64,000 nucleotides of DNA. Source: Lysobacterales bacterium. Lineage in GTDB: Bacteria; Pseudomonadota; Gammaproteobacteria; Xanthomonadales; SZUA-36. Below the pieces are notes generated by a model. The model made no database searches. It was not told the DNA's origin and saw only the letters and a list, made by a program, of their open reading frames with translations. Position numbers and translations under genes: made by a program. The DNA lies in contig JABDPF010000077.1 in assembly GCA_013042915.1 (NCBI GenBank), positions 2,676 through 66,675 on the forward strand, given 5' to 3'. Position 1 is the stretch's first letter; each line of letters begins with the position of its first letter. Shown piece by piece: positions 48,138 through 58,489 of this stretch.

Positions 48138-50024
48138 TCAGCCGACCAGGAGTTGGTTTACGCGGCGCACGAAGTCGGCCGGGTCTTCCAGCACGGCGCC
48201 CTCGGAGAGCAAGGCCTGTTCGTACAAGACCAGGGCCAGGTCGTCAAAACGGCCGCCTTCTTCGCTACCAAGCTTGGTCACCAAGGGATGGCCGGGGTTC
48301 AATTCCAGGATGGGTTTGCTCTCGGGCACGTCTTGGCCGGCTTGCTCCAGCATGCGTTGGAGGTGCAGGGCCATTTCCTGCTCGCCGAGCACCAGGCAGG
48401 AGGCCGAGTCGGTCAGACGCCGGCTGCTGCGTACCTCGGCAACACGATCTCCCAGGGCAGCCTGGATTTTTTCGAGCAGGTCTTTTTCCAGGGTCTTTGT
48501 CTCTTCGGTCTCTGCCTTGTCTTCGTCTCCGACCTCCGACTCGCCGACCTTGCCAAGGTCGATGTCGCCCTTGGCCACCGACTTCAGCGGCGTGCCCTCG
48601 AACTCGTTGAAGTACGCCATCATCCACTCGTCCACCCGGTCGGACAGCAGCAGCACTTCGATACCCTTCTTGCGGAATACCTCGAGGTGCGGGCTGTGCG
48701 CGGCGGCGGAATGGTTCTCAGCGGTGATGTAATAAATCGCGTCCTGGCCCTCGGGCATGCGCTCGACGTAGCCTGCCAGGTCCACGACATGCTTGGCGCC
48801 ATTGCCCTTGGTCGACGCGAAGCGCAGCAGCGGCGCGATGCGCTCACGGTTGCCGAAGTCCTCCACGATGCCTTCCTTGAGCACCGCACCGAACTGCGCC
48901 CAGAAGGGTTCGTATTTCTCGTCACCGTCCTTCGCCAGCTTGCCGATCAGGTCCAGGCTGCGGCGAATCACGGCGGCGCGAATCTTCCCGGACAGCTCGT
49001 TCTCCTGCAGCAGTTCACGCGACACGTTCAGCGGCAGGTCAGCCGAATCTACGACGCCGCGCATGAAACGCAGGTAATGCGGCAACAGGTTTTGTGCGGC
49101 ATCCATGATGAACACGCGGTTCACGTAGAGCCGCAGGCCGGTGCGCTCGTCGCGCTGCAGCATCAGGTCCATTGGCGCGGTGGACGGCAGGTACAGCAGC
49201 GTCGTGTAGGTTTGGCTGCCCTCGACCTTGTTGTGCGCCCAGGCCAGCGCATCGTCCATGTCGTGCGTCAGGTATTTGTAAAAGGACTGGTATTCCTCAT
49301 CGGCGATCTCTCCCTTGGGCAGCGTCCACAGCGCCGAGGCCTTGTTGATGTCCTTCCACTCCGGCTCGTCATCCTCGCCTGTCTCCTGCATCCGTATCGG
49401 GAACCCGATGTGGTCGGAGTAACGGCCGACCAGGGAACGCAGTGCCCAGGGGCTCAGGAATTCCTTTTCATCCGCTTTGAGATGCAGAATGACCTCGGTG
49501 CCGTGGGTTTCCTTTTCGACCGCTTCCAGCGAGTACTCACCGCCGCCGTCCGAAACCCAGCGTACCCCTTGGGAAACCTCGTCACCCGCCTTGCGCGTGA
49601 TCACGGTGACCATGTCGGCCACGATGAAGGAAGAATAGAATCCGACCCCGAACTGACCGATGAGGTGCGCGTCGGCCTTGGCGTCACCGGTAAGCTGGTC
49701 AAGGAACGCCCGGGTGCCCGAGCGTGCGATCGTGCCGATGTTTTCGATCACGTCATCGCGGTCCATGCCAATGCCGTTGTCGCGAACGGTCAGCAGCCCC
49801 TTTTCCTCGTCGAGCTCCAGCTCGATGCACAAATCGCCTTCGTCCTGGATCGAATCATCCGCAATGGCCGCGAACCGAAGGCGGTCGAGCGCATCGGAAG
49901 CGTTCGATATCAGTTCGCGCAGGAAGATCTCCTTGTTTGAATACAGGGAGTGGATCATCAGGTGCAGGATCTGCTTTGTCTCTGCCTGGAAGGTGTGGGT
50001 TTCTACGTTGTTCTGTTTGCTCAT
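48138..50024 (-). CDS. htpG: Molecular chaperone HtpG (Hsp90)
   Basis: MSKQNNVETHTFQAETKQILHLMIHSLYSNKEIFLRELISNASDA. The ATG at 50024 is preferred; the track start at 50033 is a GTG. Confidence 0.95.
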   Translation of the reverse strand: MSKQNNVETHTFQAETKQILHLMIHSLYSNKEIFLRELISNASDALDRLRFAAIADDSIQDEGDLCIELELDEEKGLLTVRDNGIGMDRDDVIENIGTIARSGTRAFLDQLTGDAKADAHLIGQFGVGFYSSFIVADMVTVITRKAGDEVSQGVRWVSDGGGEYSLEAVEKETHGTEVILHLKADEKEFLSPWALRSLVGRYSDHIGFPIRMQETGEDDEPEWKDINKASALWTLPKGEIADEEYQSFYKYLTHDMDDALAWAHNKVEGSQTYTTLLYLPSTAPMDLMLQRDERTGLRLYVNRVFIMDAAQNLLPHYLRFMRGVVDSADLPLNVSRELLQENELSGKIRAAVIRRSLDLIGKLAKDGDEKYEPFWAQFGAVLKEGIVEDFGNRERIAPLLRFASTKGNGAKHVVDLAGYVERMPEGQDAIYYITAENHSAAAHSPHLEVFRKKGIEVLLLSDRVDEWMMAYFNEFEGTPLKSVAKGDIDLGKVGESEVGDEDKAETEETKTLEKDLLEKIQAALGDRVAEVRSSRRLTDSASCLVLGEQEMALHLQRMLEQAGQDVPESKPILELNPGHPLVTKLGSEEGGRFDDLALVLYEQALLSEGAVLEDPADFVRRVNQLLVG

Positions 50025-50055
50025 GGCATTCACAGGATATAAGGGAATGCCGGTT

Positions 50056-50083
50056 AGATAGGGATGGTGCAGCCCAATTCAAG
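50056..50083 (-). promoter_or_regulatory. Candidate sigma-32 (RpoH) heat-shock promoter of htpG-hslR
   Basis: The minus strand reads TCCCCGCCTTGAAT-tgggctgcaccat-CCCTATCTA, against the remembered consensus CCCTTGAA-N13-15-CCCCATnTA. The -10 element lies ~30 nt upstream of the htpG ATG. Confidence 0.55.
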
Positions 50084-50121
50084 GCGGGGAGCATGACAAA
50101 GCGATCGCACTGCGTCATATT

Positions 50122-50144
50122 TCGCGACTCGCGTCGCTCCTACA
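50122..50144. repeat. Single REP-like unit
   Basis: TCGCGACTCGCGTCGCTCCTACA. Confidence 0.4.
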
Positions 50145-50193
50145 GGGTTGTCGCCTGTGGTTAGGCGGCCGATGTGGTAATACTGGCGGTTAC

Positions 50194-50224
50194 AAAAAAA
50201 CCCGCCGTGAAGGCGGGTTTTTTA
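50194..50224 (-). terminator. Rho-independent terminator downstream of rplS (bidirectional shape)
   Basis: AAAAAAACCCGCC-GTGAA-GGCGGGTTTTTTT. Confidence 0.8.
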
Positions 50225-50242
50225 GGTCGGCAGCGTACTGCC

Positions 50243-50590
50243 TCAGCCGAGCTTCTCGCGGATACGGGCGCTCTTGCCCTCGCGGCCGCGCAGGTAATAG
50301 AGCTTGGCGCGGCGAACATCGCCACGGCGCTTGACCGTGATCGATTCGATCATCGGGCTGTACGTCTGGAATACGCGCTCCACCCCGGTGCCGTGTGAGA
50401 TTTTACGCACGGTGAATGCGGAGTTCAGGCCGCGGTTGCGCATCGCGATACACACGCCCTCGAAAGCCTGCAGGCGCTCGCGGTTGCCCTCTTTCACCTT
50501 GACGCTCACCACCAGGGTGTCGCCCGGCGAGAACTGGGGGATGTCCTTGTTCAGCTGCTCGGCATTGATTTCGTCGATGATGTTGCTCAT
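50243..50590 (-). CDS. rplS: 50S ribosomal protein L19
   Basis: [13 protein letters not shown]...[25 protein letters not shown], the canonical L19 sequence. Confidence 0.95.
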   Translation of the reverse strand: MSNIIDEINAEQLNKDIPQFSPGDTLVVSVKVKEGNRERLQAFEGVCIAMRNRGLNSAFTVRKISHGTGVERVFQTYSPMIESITVKRRGDVRRAKLYYLRGREGKSARIREKLG

Positions 50591-50644
50591 TTTCCCGATC
50601 CTTTGCGTTTTGCTTCAGTGGGGTAAGAGTAAAACCGGTAATTT

Positions 50645-51397
50645 CTACTCGGACCCCGTGTGTTCGTATTCTGCCCGGAACTCGGCCAGTAGTTCGGCCG
50701 ACTCCTTATCCAGTTCCTTTCCGTCCAGCAGGTCCGGCCTTCTCAGCCAGGTGCGTCCCAGGGACTGCTTTTTGCGCCATCGCTCGATGGCCCCGTGATC
50801 GCCGGACAACAACACCGACGGCACGTCCAAACCCTCGATTCGTTCAGGCCGGGTGTAATGCTGGCAATCCAGCAGGCCGTCCGAGAACGAATCCTGCTCT
50901 GCCGATTGCTCGTCTCCGAGCACGCCCGGCAGCAGGCGCGTGACGGCGTCGATCATAACCGCCGCGGCGAGTTCCCCACCGCTGAGGACGTAGTCGCCTA
51001 TGGACCATTCCTCGTCAATCTCGAGCGCGATCAGTCGCTCGTCGAACCCTTCATAACGGCCGCAGACCAGGATCAATTCCTCGCGTTGCGACAATTCGCG
51101 AACCGCGGCCTGGTCAACCAGGCGGCCCTGGGGGCTCATCAGGCCCACCCGTGCGTTTGCACCGGCTTTTTCGCGGGCGGCGCGAATGGTGCTGCGCAGC
51201 GGTTCCACCGCCATCACCATGCCCGGACCGCCGCCGTAAGGGCGGTCGTCCACCGTGCGGTGCCGATCGATGGCGAAATCGCGCGGGTTCAACAATTCCA
51301 AACCCACGTCACCGTCGCGAATGGCACGGCCCGTCACGCCCAGGTCGACCATCGGCCGAAACTCGTCCGGGAACAGCGTAATGACCTGTATCCGCAT
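50645..51397 (-). CDS. trmD: tRNA (guanine37-N1)-methyltransferase
   Basis: [13 protein letters not shown]...[13 protein letters not shown]. Conserved rimM-trmD-rplS context. Confidence 0.95.
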   Translation of the reverse strand: MRIQVITLFPDEFRPMVDLGVTGRAIRDGDVGLELLNPRDFAIDRHRTVDDRPYGGGPGMVMAVEPLRSTIRAAREKAGANARVGLMSPQGRLVDQAAVRELSQREELILVCGRYEGFDERLIALEIDEEWSIGDYVLSGGELAAAVMIDAVTRLLPGVLGDEQSAEQDSFSDGLLDCQHYTRPERIEGLDVPSVLLSGDHGAIERWRKKQSLGRTWLRRPDLLDGKELDKESAELLAEFRAEYEHTGSE

Positions 51398-51410
51398 CGT
51401 CGGCCGGCTC

Positions 51411-51923
51411 CTAGAAATCCGGATCCCAGTCGACGACCACGCGTTTCTTGTCCAGGTCCACGCTCTTCACATACTGGCCCTGGACGAAAGGCACCAGTCG
51501 TTCCCGGTCGCCTTTCACCACCAGCACGTCATTCGCTCCGGTGGCCATCAAATTTTCAATCGTTCCCAGGTCGGTGCCGTCTTCGAGTTCCACCCGCAGC
51601 CCAATAAGATCGGACCAGTAATACTCGCCGGCATCCGTTTCCGGGAACTGATCGCGGTAAACGGCGATGGCTTGGTGCACCCACGCCTCGGCCGCATCGC
51701 GATCTTCCGTTTCATCAAACAGGGCAATCACGCGGTTGCCGTGTTTCTTACCCTGGCGGATGCAGACCTCCTTGCGCGAGTCACCCATCAGCCACGGCTG
51801 GTAATCAAATATGGCTTCCCTGGGCTCGGTCAGCGAGTGGATCTTGACCCATCCCTGAATGCCATGAACTCCGGAAACGTGCCCCAGTGGGACGACCTTG
51901 CGTTCCTCGGCCTGCTCAGACAC
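51411..51923 (-). CDS. rimM: Ribosome maturation factor RimM
   Basis: [17 protein letters not shown] with a PRC barrel C-terminus. Located between rpsP and trmD. Confidence 0.9.
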   Translation of the reverse strand: MSEQAEERKVVPLGHVSGVHGIQGWVKIHSLTEPREAIFDYQPWLMGDSRKEVCIRQGKKHGNRVIALFDETEDRDAAEAWVHQAIAVYRDQFPETDAGEYYWSDLIGLRVELEDGTDLGTIENLMATGANDVLVVKGDRERLVPFVQGQYVKSVDLDKKRVVVDWDPDF

Positions 51924-51948
51924 ATTCCGCTCCAGGGAGCCGGCTGTT

Positions 51949-52209
51949 TCAGGCAGCCGCAGTCGCCGCTTTGCGAGCCTCTGAGACCAGCGCCTTGACG
52001 CGATCGCTCAGCTGCGCGCCGGTGCCCTGCCAGTAGTCGATGCGCTCGAGGTCGAGGCGCAGTCGTTCTTCCTGGCCGCGCGCAACGGGATTGAAGAATC
52101 CGAGGCGCTCGATGTTACGTCCATCGCGAGGCTTGCGGCTATCCGCGACGACGATGTGATAAAACGGCTGCTTCTTCGCGCCGCCGCGTGACAATCTGAT
52201 TGTAACCAT
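51949..52209 (-). CDS. rpsP: 30S ribosomal protein S16
   Basis: [25 protein letters not shown]. Confidence 0.95.
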   Translation of the reverse strand: MVTIRLSRGGAKKQPFYHIVVADSRKPRDGRNIERLGFFNPVARGQEERLRLDLERIDYWQGTGAQLSDRVKALVSEARKAATAAA

Positions 52210-52287
52210 TGTTTTTTAAATCCAATTTGGTGCTAGCGAACCACCCATTTTAACTTTCTTTTCTGCAAAAGAAAACCATTAACGCGC

Positions 52288-53673
52288 TCAGAACGGCATC
52301 TTTCCGCCGGGAAACTTGCCACCCGGCATCTGCTTTTGCATCTGGCCCATCTTGCGCATCATGCGGGCCATGCCGCCTTTACCCATCTTCTTCATCATTT
52401 TCTGCATCTGGGCGTGCTGTTTCAGCAGGCGATTAACGGTTTGGATCTGCGTGCCCGAGCCGCTGGCGATACGTTTCTTGCGCGATCCGCGGATCACGTC
52501 GGGAAAGCGGCGCTCGTGCGGCGTCATTGAGTTGATGATGGCAATCATCTGGCGAGTCTGGCGGTCGTCCACCTGGGATTTGACCTGGTCCGGCAGGTTG
52601 CTCATACCGGGCAGCTTGTCGACCAGGCCGCCGAGGCCGCCCATGTTCTGCATCTGCTCGAGTTGTCCTTTGAAATCTTCCAGGTCGAACCCCCTGCCCC
52701 TGCGAATTTTCTTGACCAGCTTCTGCGCTTCGTCCTGATCGACCTTGCGGTGCACTTCCTCCACCAGCGACAGCACATCGCCCATGCCGAGAATGCGCGA
52801 GGCGATACGGTCCGGGTGGAACGGTTCGAGTGCATCCACTTTCTCGCCGGCGCCGATGAACTTGACCGGCTTGCCGGTGATCTGCCGCACCGAGAGCGCC
52901 GCGCCGCCACGGGCGTCACCGTCGGTCTTGGTCAACACGATACCGGTCAGCGGCAGCGCCTGGTCGAACGCCGCTGCCGTGTTGGCCGCATCCTGGCCGG
53001 TCATGGCATCCACCACGAAGAGGGTTTCGTGCGGGTCCACCGCGGCATGGACCTCTTTGATCTCCGCCATCATCGCATCGTCGATATGCAGGCGGCCAGC
53101 GGTATCGACCAGCAGCACGTCGCATGCCCGGCGTTTCGCCTCGGCCAGGGCCTGGCGGGCGATATCGGCCGGCTTCTGGCCCACGTCCGAGGGCTGGAAC
53201 TCGACGCCGACCTGGGCGGCCAGCGTTTTCAATTGCTCGATGGCTGCCGGACGGTACACGTCACAGCTGACCACCATGACCTTTTTCTTGTGCTGGTCAC
53301 TCAACAGACGGGCCAGCTTGGCCGTGGTGGTGGTTTTACCCGAACCCTGCAGTCCGGCCATCAGAACCGCGACGGGAGGCTGCGCGCGCAGGTCCAGGGC
53401 CTCGTTCTGTTCGCCCATGATGGCGACCAGCTCGTCGTGCACCAGCTTGACCATGGCCTGGCCGGGCGTGAGGCTCTTGAGGATTTCCTGGCCCAGCGCT
53501 TTTTCGCGAACCTCGCTGATGAAGGTCTGCACGACCGGCAGCGCAACATCCGCCTCGAGCAGCGCAATGCGCACCTCTCGCAGGGTTTCACGAATACCGT
53601 CTTCGGTCAGGCGGCCCTTGCCGCGCAATTGCGTGACCGTCCGGGAAAGGCGATCGGTCAGATTTTCAAACAT
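52288..53673 (-). CDS. ffh: Signal recognition particle protein Ffh
   Basis: MFENLTDRLS...GLQGSGKTTT...DTAGRL, with a Met-rich M domain. Confidence 0.97.
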   Translation of the reverse strand: MFENLTDRLSRTVTQLRGKGRLTEDGIRETLREVRIALLEADVALPVVQTFISEVREKALGQEILKSLTPGQAMVKLVHDELVAIMGEQNEALDLRAQPPVAVLMAGLQGSGKTTTTAKLARLLSDQHKKKVMVVSCDVYRPAAIEQLKTLAAQVGVEFQPSDVGQKPADIARQALAEAKRRACDVLLVDTAGRLHIDDAMMAEIKEVHAAVDPHETLFVVDAMTGQDAANTAAAFDQALPLTGIVLTKTDGDARGGAALSVRQITGKPVKFIGAGEKVDALEPFHPDRIASRILGMGDVLSLVEEVHRKVDQDEAQKLVKKIRRGRGFDLEDFKGQLEQMQNMGGLGGLVDKLPGMSNLPDQVKSQVDDRQTRQMIAIINSMTPHERRFPDVIRGSRKKRIASGSGTQIQTVNRLLKQHAQMQKMMKKMGKGGMARMMRKMGQMQKQMPGGKFPGGKMPF

Positions 53674-53758
53674 GGCCCCTCCGGGGTGAGAAGTTTATCG
53701 AGCAAAGTGCAAAGAGTCGGGTATTATAGCGCCAGAACGAATCGACAAGCGGTACGAA

Positions 53759-54574
53759 ATGTCCCACGACTCACTACTGATCTTCGCCGCCATCTTGTAT
53801 ATCGTGTCGGCCAGCTTGCTGTACCGCAGCATCGGCAAGCGATCCACCTCTTTGCAACAGGCCTCGTTCGGCTTTGCCCTGGCCGGCGTCGTGGTGCACG
53901 GCTACGCCCAATACACCCATTGGTTCGCCGGCGCCGTCCCGGACGTTAGCGTGGCCCCCCTGTTGTCGCTGTGCGCGCTGGTCATCATTCTGCTGTTGCT
54001 GACCTCGACCCTGACCGAGAAACGCCTGTTCACCGCCGGGCTGGTGGCCCTGCCGCTGGCGGCGATGGTGCTGGCTTTGGAATTGGTCATACCCCATCAG
54101 CCCTTCACGCTGGACAAAATGTCGACGGGAATCGCGGTGCATCTCGTCAGCTCGGTTCTGGCTTTTGGCCTGCTCAGTATCGCCGGGCTGTATGCCTTTT
54201 TCGTGTTCATCATCGACTATTTCCTGCGGCGGCATCATCTCAATCCGGTGGTGCGCACGCTGCCGCCGCTCGAGGTGCTCGAGCACCTGTTGTTCCAGCT
54301 CATCACGGCCGGTTTCCTGATGCTGACGATCTCGCTGGGCTCCGGCATCATCTTCATCAACGACATTTTTGCCCAGCACCTGGTTCACAAGACCGTCCTG
54401 TCGGTCCTGACGTGGCTGGTGTTCGGCGTGCTGCTGTTCGGACGCTGGCGCTACGGTTGGCGCGGCAGCCTGGCGGTGCGAATGACGCTGGCGGGGGTCG
54501 TTTTGCTGATTCTGTCCTACTTCGGCACCAAGCTCGTTCTCGAAGTCATCCTGGGCCGCAGCTGGCAATCCTGA
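53759..54574 (+). CDS. Cytochrome c assembly family membrane protein (YpjD/CcsA-like)
   Basis: Eight-TM protein divergent from ffh, the conserved ypjD position. Confidence 0.75.
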   Translation: MSHDSLLIFAAILYIVSASLLYRSIGKRSTSLQQASFGFALAGVVVHGYAQYTHWFAGAVPDVSVAPLLSLCALVIILLLLTSTLTEKRLFTAGLVALPLAAMVLALELVIPHQPFTLDKMSTGIAVHLVSSVLAFGLLSIAGLYAFFVFIIDYFLRRHHLNPVVRTLPPLEVLEHLLFQLITAGFLMLTISLGSGIIFINDIFAQHLVHKTVLSVLTWLVFGVLLFGRWRYGWRGSLAVRMTLAGVVLLILSYFGTKLVLEVILGRSWQS

Positions 54575-54577
54575 CCC

Positions 54578-55855
54578 ATGGAAGAAGTCTCCCTCGGTAG
54601 TCTCTACACCACGCTGTTTATCCTGATTTTGTTGTCCGGCTTCTTTTCCAGTTCGGAAACCGGATTGATGGCGATCAACAAGTACCGCTTGCGCCACCTG
54701 GCCAACCAGGGCCACCGCGGCGCGAAACTGGCGTCGAAACTGCTGCAGAAGCCGGACCGCCTGATCGGCCTGATCCTGCTGGGCAACAACCTCGTTAACA
54801 TCCTGGCCGCGTCCATCGCCACCGTCATCGGCATCCGGCTGTTCGGCGTCAACGGTGTGTGGATCGCGTCCCTGTTGTTGACCGTCGTGATCCTGATCTT
54901 CTCGGAGGTGGCGCCCAAAACCGTGGCGGCCGTCCATCCCGAGCGTATCGCCTTCCCCGCCTCGTTCCCGCTTTTCGTGTTGCTGAAAGTCTTGTATCCC
55001 GTGGTCTGGTTGGTCAACGGGTTGGCCAACCTGGTGCTGCGGCCGTTCCGGGTGCACACCAACGTCGAGCTGATGGAGCATTTGAATCGAGAGGAACTGC
55101 GGACCCTGGTCAAGGAAGGCGGCAAGCGGATTCCGGACGACCATCAGCGCATGCTGGTCAACATTTTGGATTTGGAGCAGGCTACGGTCGAGGACGTGAT
55201 GATTCCGCGCCAGGACATCGTAGGCATTGACCTCGACGACAACTGGGAAGAAATTCTCACGCAGCTCACCCAGACCTTGTACACCCGCATGCCGGTGTTT
55301 CGCGAGAACATCGACCAGGTCGAGGGCCTGCTGCACATCCGCACCGTGATCGCCAAGCTGGCCCTGGGCGGACTGACCTTCGACGACCTGAAGCGCTCGG
55401 TGCAACGGCCCTATTTCATCCCCGAGGGCACGCCGCTGACCCAGCAGCTGCTGGAATTCCAGCGCCGTGAGCGCCGCATGGGCCTGGTGGTGGACGAATA
55501 TGGCGACATCCAGGGCCTGGTCACGCTGGACGACATCCTCGAGGAGATCGTCGGCGAATATACAGCTGAGAGCCGGGCCAAAACCCGCGATATACGGCTG
55601 CTCGACGACGGCAATTACCTGGTGAGCGGGTCAGCCCCTGTCCGCAGCCTGAACCGCATGATGAACTGGACCCTGCCGGAAGGCGATGCGAGCACGATCA
55701 ATGGCCTGTTACTGGAACTGCTGGGCGACATTCCCTCCGGCAAGACCAGCGTCAAGATCGGGCCCAACATCCTCACTGTGCTCGAATCCAAGGACAATAT
55801 GATCGTCAAAGTGCTGGTCAAGCCCCAACGGGCGGTTGAAGATCCTTCGAATTAG
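54578..55855 (+). CDS. HlyC/CorC (CNNM) family transporter: DUF21 + CBS pair + CorC_HlyC domain
   Basis: N-terminal DUF21 TM region with SSSETGLMA. A CBS region follows. C-terminal GDIPSGKTSV...VKVLV. Confidence 0.85.
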   Translation: MEEVSLGSLYTTLFILILLSGFFSSSETGLMAINKYRLRHLANQGHRGAKLASKLLQKPDRLIGLILLGNNLVNILAASIATVIGIRLFGVNGVWIASLLLTVVILIFSEVAPKTVAAVHPERIAFPASFPLFVLLKVLYPVVWLVNGLANLVLRPFRVHTNVELMEHLNREELRTLVKEGGKRIPDDHQRMLVNILDLEQATVEDVMIPRQDIVGIDLDDNWEEILTQLTQTLYTRMPVFRENIDQVEGLLHIRTVIAKLALGGLTFDDLKRSVQRPYFIPEGTPLTQQLLEFQRRERRMGLVVDEYGDIQGLVTLDDILEEIVGEYTAESRAKTRDIRLLDDGNYLVSGSAPVRSLNRMMNWTLPEGDASTINGLLLELLGDIPSGKTSVKIGPNILTVLESKDNMIVKVLVKPQRAVEDPSN

Positions 55856-55890
55856 GGCAATCTCAGGCACATGAACCGGCCCTGGCCCCG

Positions 55891-56979
55891 ATGCTGATCA
55901 ACATACAGTTCCTGCGCTTCGCCGCGGCCCTGCTGGTGGTGCTCTACCACGCCAGCATGCATGTTCGCGCGACGGGCGTGGACCAGGGCGCCGTGTTCGC
56001 CGCTGCAGAAGCTGCCGGCTTTGCCGGGGTGGACATCTTTTTCGTTATCAGTGGCTTCATCATGTTTTACACGACCACCGGTGCCTCCGGCGCCCGGGCC
56101 TCGATGGAGTTTCTAAAACGCCGCGCGGCGAGAATCTACAGCGGCTACTGGCCGTTTTTCGTACTGGCCGCCGTGGTATTCGCTTGGGCACGACCCGAGC
56201 ATTTTTCGGAAGCAAACCTGTGGACGTCGTTCCTTTTGTGGCCGATGCCCCTGAACCGTGTACTGCTGGACGTGTCGTGGACGCTGTCTTACGAGATGTA
56301 CTTCTACGTGCTGTTTACGGCGCTGCTGCTGTTCTCCGCGCGTTGGCGCTGGCACTTGCTGGCCGGTGTTCTTTTGCTGGTGACGGCTTACGCCGTGTTG
56401 AATCATTTCGTATTCCACCGCTACGACCCTGAGCATTACTACTACAACACCTTCGAGTGGTTGTTTTACACCGCACCCTATCTCGCGGAATTTTTTGCCG
56501 GCGCGGTGCTGGCCTCGTTCGCCCACCGGGGCTCCGAGGCAATGGGCTGGTCATTGCTGTTTTGGGGCATCGTTGGATTCGCGGCAGCCGGGGTGGCCAA
56601 CACGTTCTGGTACGACGGCAAGATCGAACAGGGTTTTCACGTGGTGCCGCGAGTGCTGCTGTTCGGAGCCCCCGCCGTGATGATGTTGTGGGGATTGGTC
56701 AACCTGGAGCATCACGGCCGCGTCGCGCCGAAACGGTTCAGCCTGGCGACCGGGGGCGCCTCGTACGCGATTTACCTGGTGCATACCATCGCATTCGTTG
56801 CCACGATGAAACTCGGGATTTACGGATGGATGCAGGGCTGGTCCACGATCGCGGTGCAGCTGTCCTACCTTGTTTATTCAGCGCTGCTCGTGGCGTACGG
56901 GGTCGTTCACTACCGCACGCTGGAACGCTGGCTTCACGGGGTATTCAAGCGGGCGCTCGGCGTTAAGCGACTCGCCTAA
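55891..56979 (+). CDS. Acyltransferase family 3 membrane protein
   Basis: N-terminus INIQFLRFAAALLVVLYHA and ten predicted TM segments. Confidence 0.8.
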   Translation: MLINIQFLRFAAALLVVLYHASMHVRATGVDQGAVFAAAEAAGFAGVDIFFVISGFIMFYTTTGASGARASMEFLKRRAARIYSGYWPFFVLAAVVFAWARPEHFSEANLWTSFLLWPMPLNRVLLDVSWTLSYEMYFYVLFTALLLFSARWRWHLLAGVLLLVTAYAVLNHFVFHRYDPEHYYYNTFEWLFYTAPYLAEFFAGAVLASFAHRGSEAMGWSLLFWGIVGFAAAGVANTFWYDGKIEQGFHVVPRVLLFGAPAVMMLWGLVNLEHHGRVAPKRFSLATGGASYAIYLVHTIAFVATMKLGIYGWMQGWSTIAVQLSYLVYSALLVAYGVVHYRTLERWLHGVFKRALGVKRLA

Positions 56980-58334
56980 AACACCTTCTCCAGCGCCGCG
57001 GAGACGTGGCTCAGGCCAACGATCCTCAGACCGTCCAATGGTTTTCGGGGCGCATTGGCCACCGGCACCAAGGCCGTGGTGTACCCGTGCCCGACCGCTT
57101 CGCGCAGTCGCTGTTCGCCGTCCGGCACGGGGCGGATTTCTCCGGAAAGCCCCACTTCCCCGAAACACACCAGCTTGTCCGGCAGGGGTCGGTCTCGGAA
57201 GCTCGAATAGAGCGCCATCAGCATGGGCAGGTCAGCCCCCGTCTCGCTTACCCGCATGCCGCCCACGACGTTGATGAACACGTCGTGATCGGACAGAGCG
57301 ATTCCGCCGTGTCGGTGCATCACGGCCAGCATCATCGCCAGGCGGTTGTGCTCGAGCCCCAGGGCGACACGGCGTGGGTTGTTCAGATGGCTGGGATCCA
57401 CCAGCGCCTGAACCTCCAGCAGTATCGGTCGCGTGCCCTCACGAACAACGGTGATCACGCTGCCGGGGACCGGCTTGTCGTGACCCGACAGAAAAATTGC
57501 GGACGGATTCTTTACTTCTTTCAGACCGGTGCCGGTCATCGCGAACATGCCCAGCTCGTTGACGGCGCCAAAGCGATTCTTGATGGCCCGAATCACCCGG
57601 TAGCGGCTGTCCCCGTCACTTTCGAAATACAGCACCGAATCGACCATGTGCTCGAGCACGCGGGGCCCGGCCAGCGCGCCTTCTTTCGTGACGTGCCCAA
57701 CCAGGATGACGCAGCAGTGATTCTGCTTGGCCCAGCGCACCAGGGCGGCGGCCGACTCACGAATCTGGGCGACCGAGCCGGGGGCGGAGGACAGTTCTTC
57801 GGTGTACACGGTCTGGATGGAGTCGACGACCATCAACTTTGGTTTTTCCTTCTCGGCGTGGCCCAGGATTTGTTCGATCGAGGTCTCCGTAAGGCAGCGT
57901 ATGCCGTCCAGCTTCAGCCCCAGACGTCGTGCGCGCATCCCCAGTTGCTCCAGCGATTCCTCACCGGTGATGTACAGCCCGGGCACGCGCTGACCCAGGG
58001 CGGCGGTGAGCTGCATCAAGAGGGTCGATTTGCCGATGCCTGGATCGCCACCCAGCAAGATGACCGAGCCGGGAACAATACCCCCGCCCAACACGCGGTC
58101 GAGCTCGCCCACGCCAACCGCCAGCCGGGCAACCGTCGCATCGCCGACCGACGCGAGATCCTGTACCTCGTTGCCGAGTTTGCCGGCGTAGCCCCGAAAC
58201 CGACCGGATGGCCGGGCCTGGGTCACGATCTCGTTGACCGTGTTCCATTCGCGGCACTCGGGGCATTGGCCCGCCCACTTGCTGAGCGTGGCGGCGCAGT
58301 TATCGCATTGATAGGCGTTTCGGTTCTTGGCCAT
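56976..58334 (-). CDS. radA: DNA repair protein RadA/Sms
   Basis: Zinc finger YQCDNCAATLSKWAGQCPECREWNT, Walker A GGDPGIGKST and a Lon-like C-terminus. Confidence 0.95.
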   Translation of the reverse strand: MAKNRNAYQCDNCAATLSKWAGQCPECREWNTVNEIVTQARPSGRFRGYAGKLGNEVQDLASVGDATVARLAVGVGELDRVLGGGIVPGSVILLGGDPGIGKSTLLMQLTAALGQRVPGLYITGEESLEQLGMRARRLGLKLDGIRCLTETSIEQILGHAEKEKPKLMVVDSIQTVYTEELSSAPGSVAQIRESAAALVRWAKQNHCCVILVGHVTKEGALAGPRVLEHMVDSVLYFESDGDSRYRVIRAIKNRFGAVNELGMFAMTGTGLKEVKNPSAIFLSGHDKPVPGSVITVVREGTRPILLEVQALVDPSHLNNPRRVALGLEHNRLAMMLAVMHRHGGIALSDHDVFINVVGGMRVSETGADLPMLMALYSSFRDRPLPDKLVCFGEVGLSGEIRPVPDGEQRLREAVGHGYTTALVPVANAPRKPLDGLRIVGLSHVSAALEKVF

Positions 58335-58489
58335 CGAGGGTTCGCGGGATGGAAAAGTGATCTTTTAACAGATCGCGGTGCCGGCCACCAGCACGAAGCC
58401 TTGACGCGACGCATATTCTCACCTTGAATGAAGTTGTAGACTGACTTCCATACCCCCGTCGTCGACCAGCACCTGCCAAGGAGCCGAAC

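Noticed and set aside
56976-56979. 4-nt overlap of the convergent stop codons of the acyltransferase and radA (CTAA). GTGA start/stop overlaps also occur at 8304-8307, 34825-34828 and 44354-44357.
   Set aside because: These are ordinary compact-genome features (translational coupling or convergent overlap) and are not in themselves unusual.
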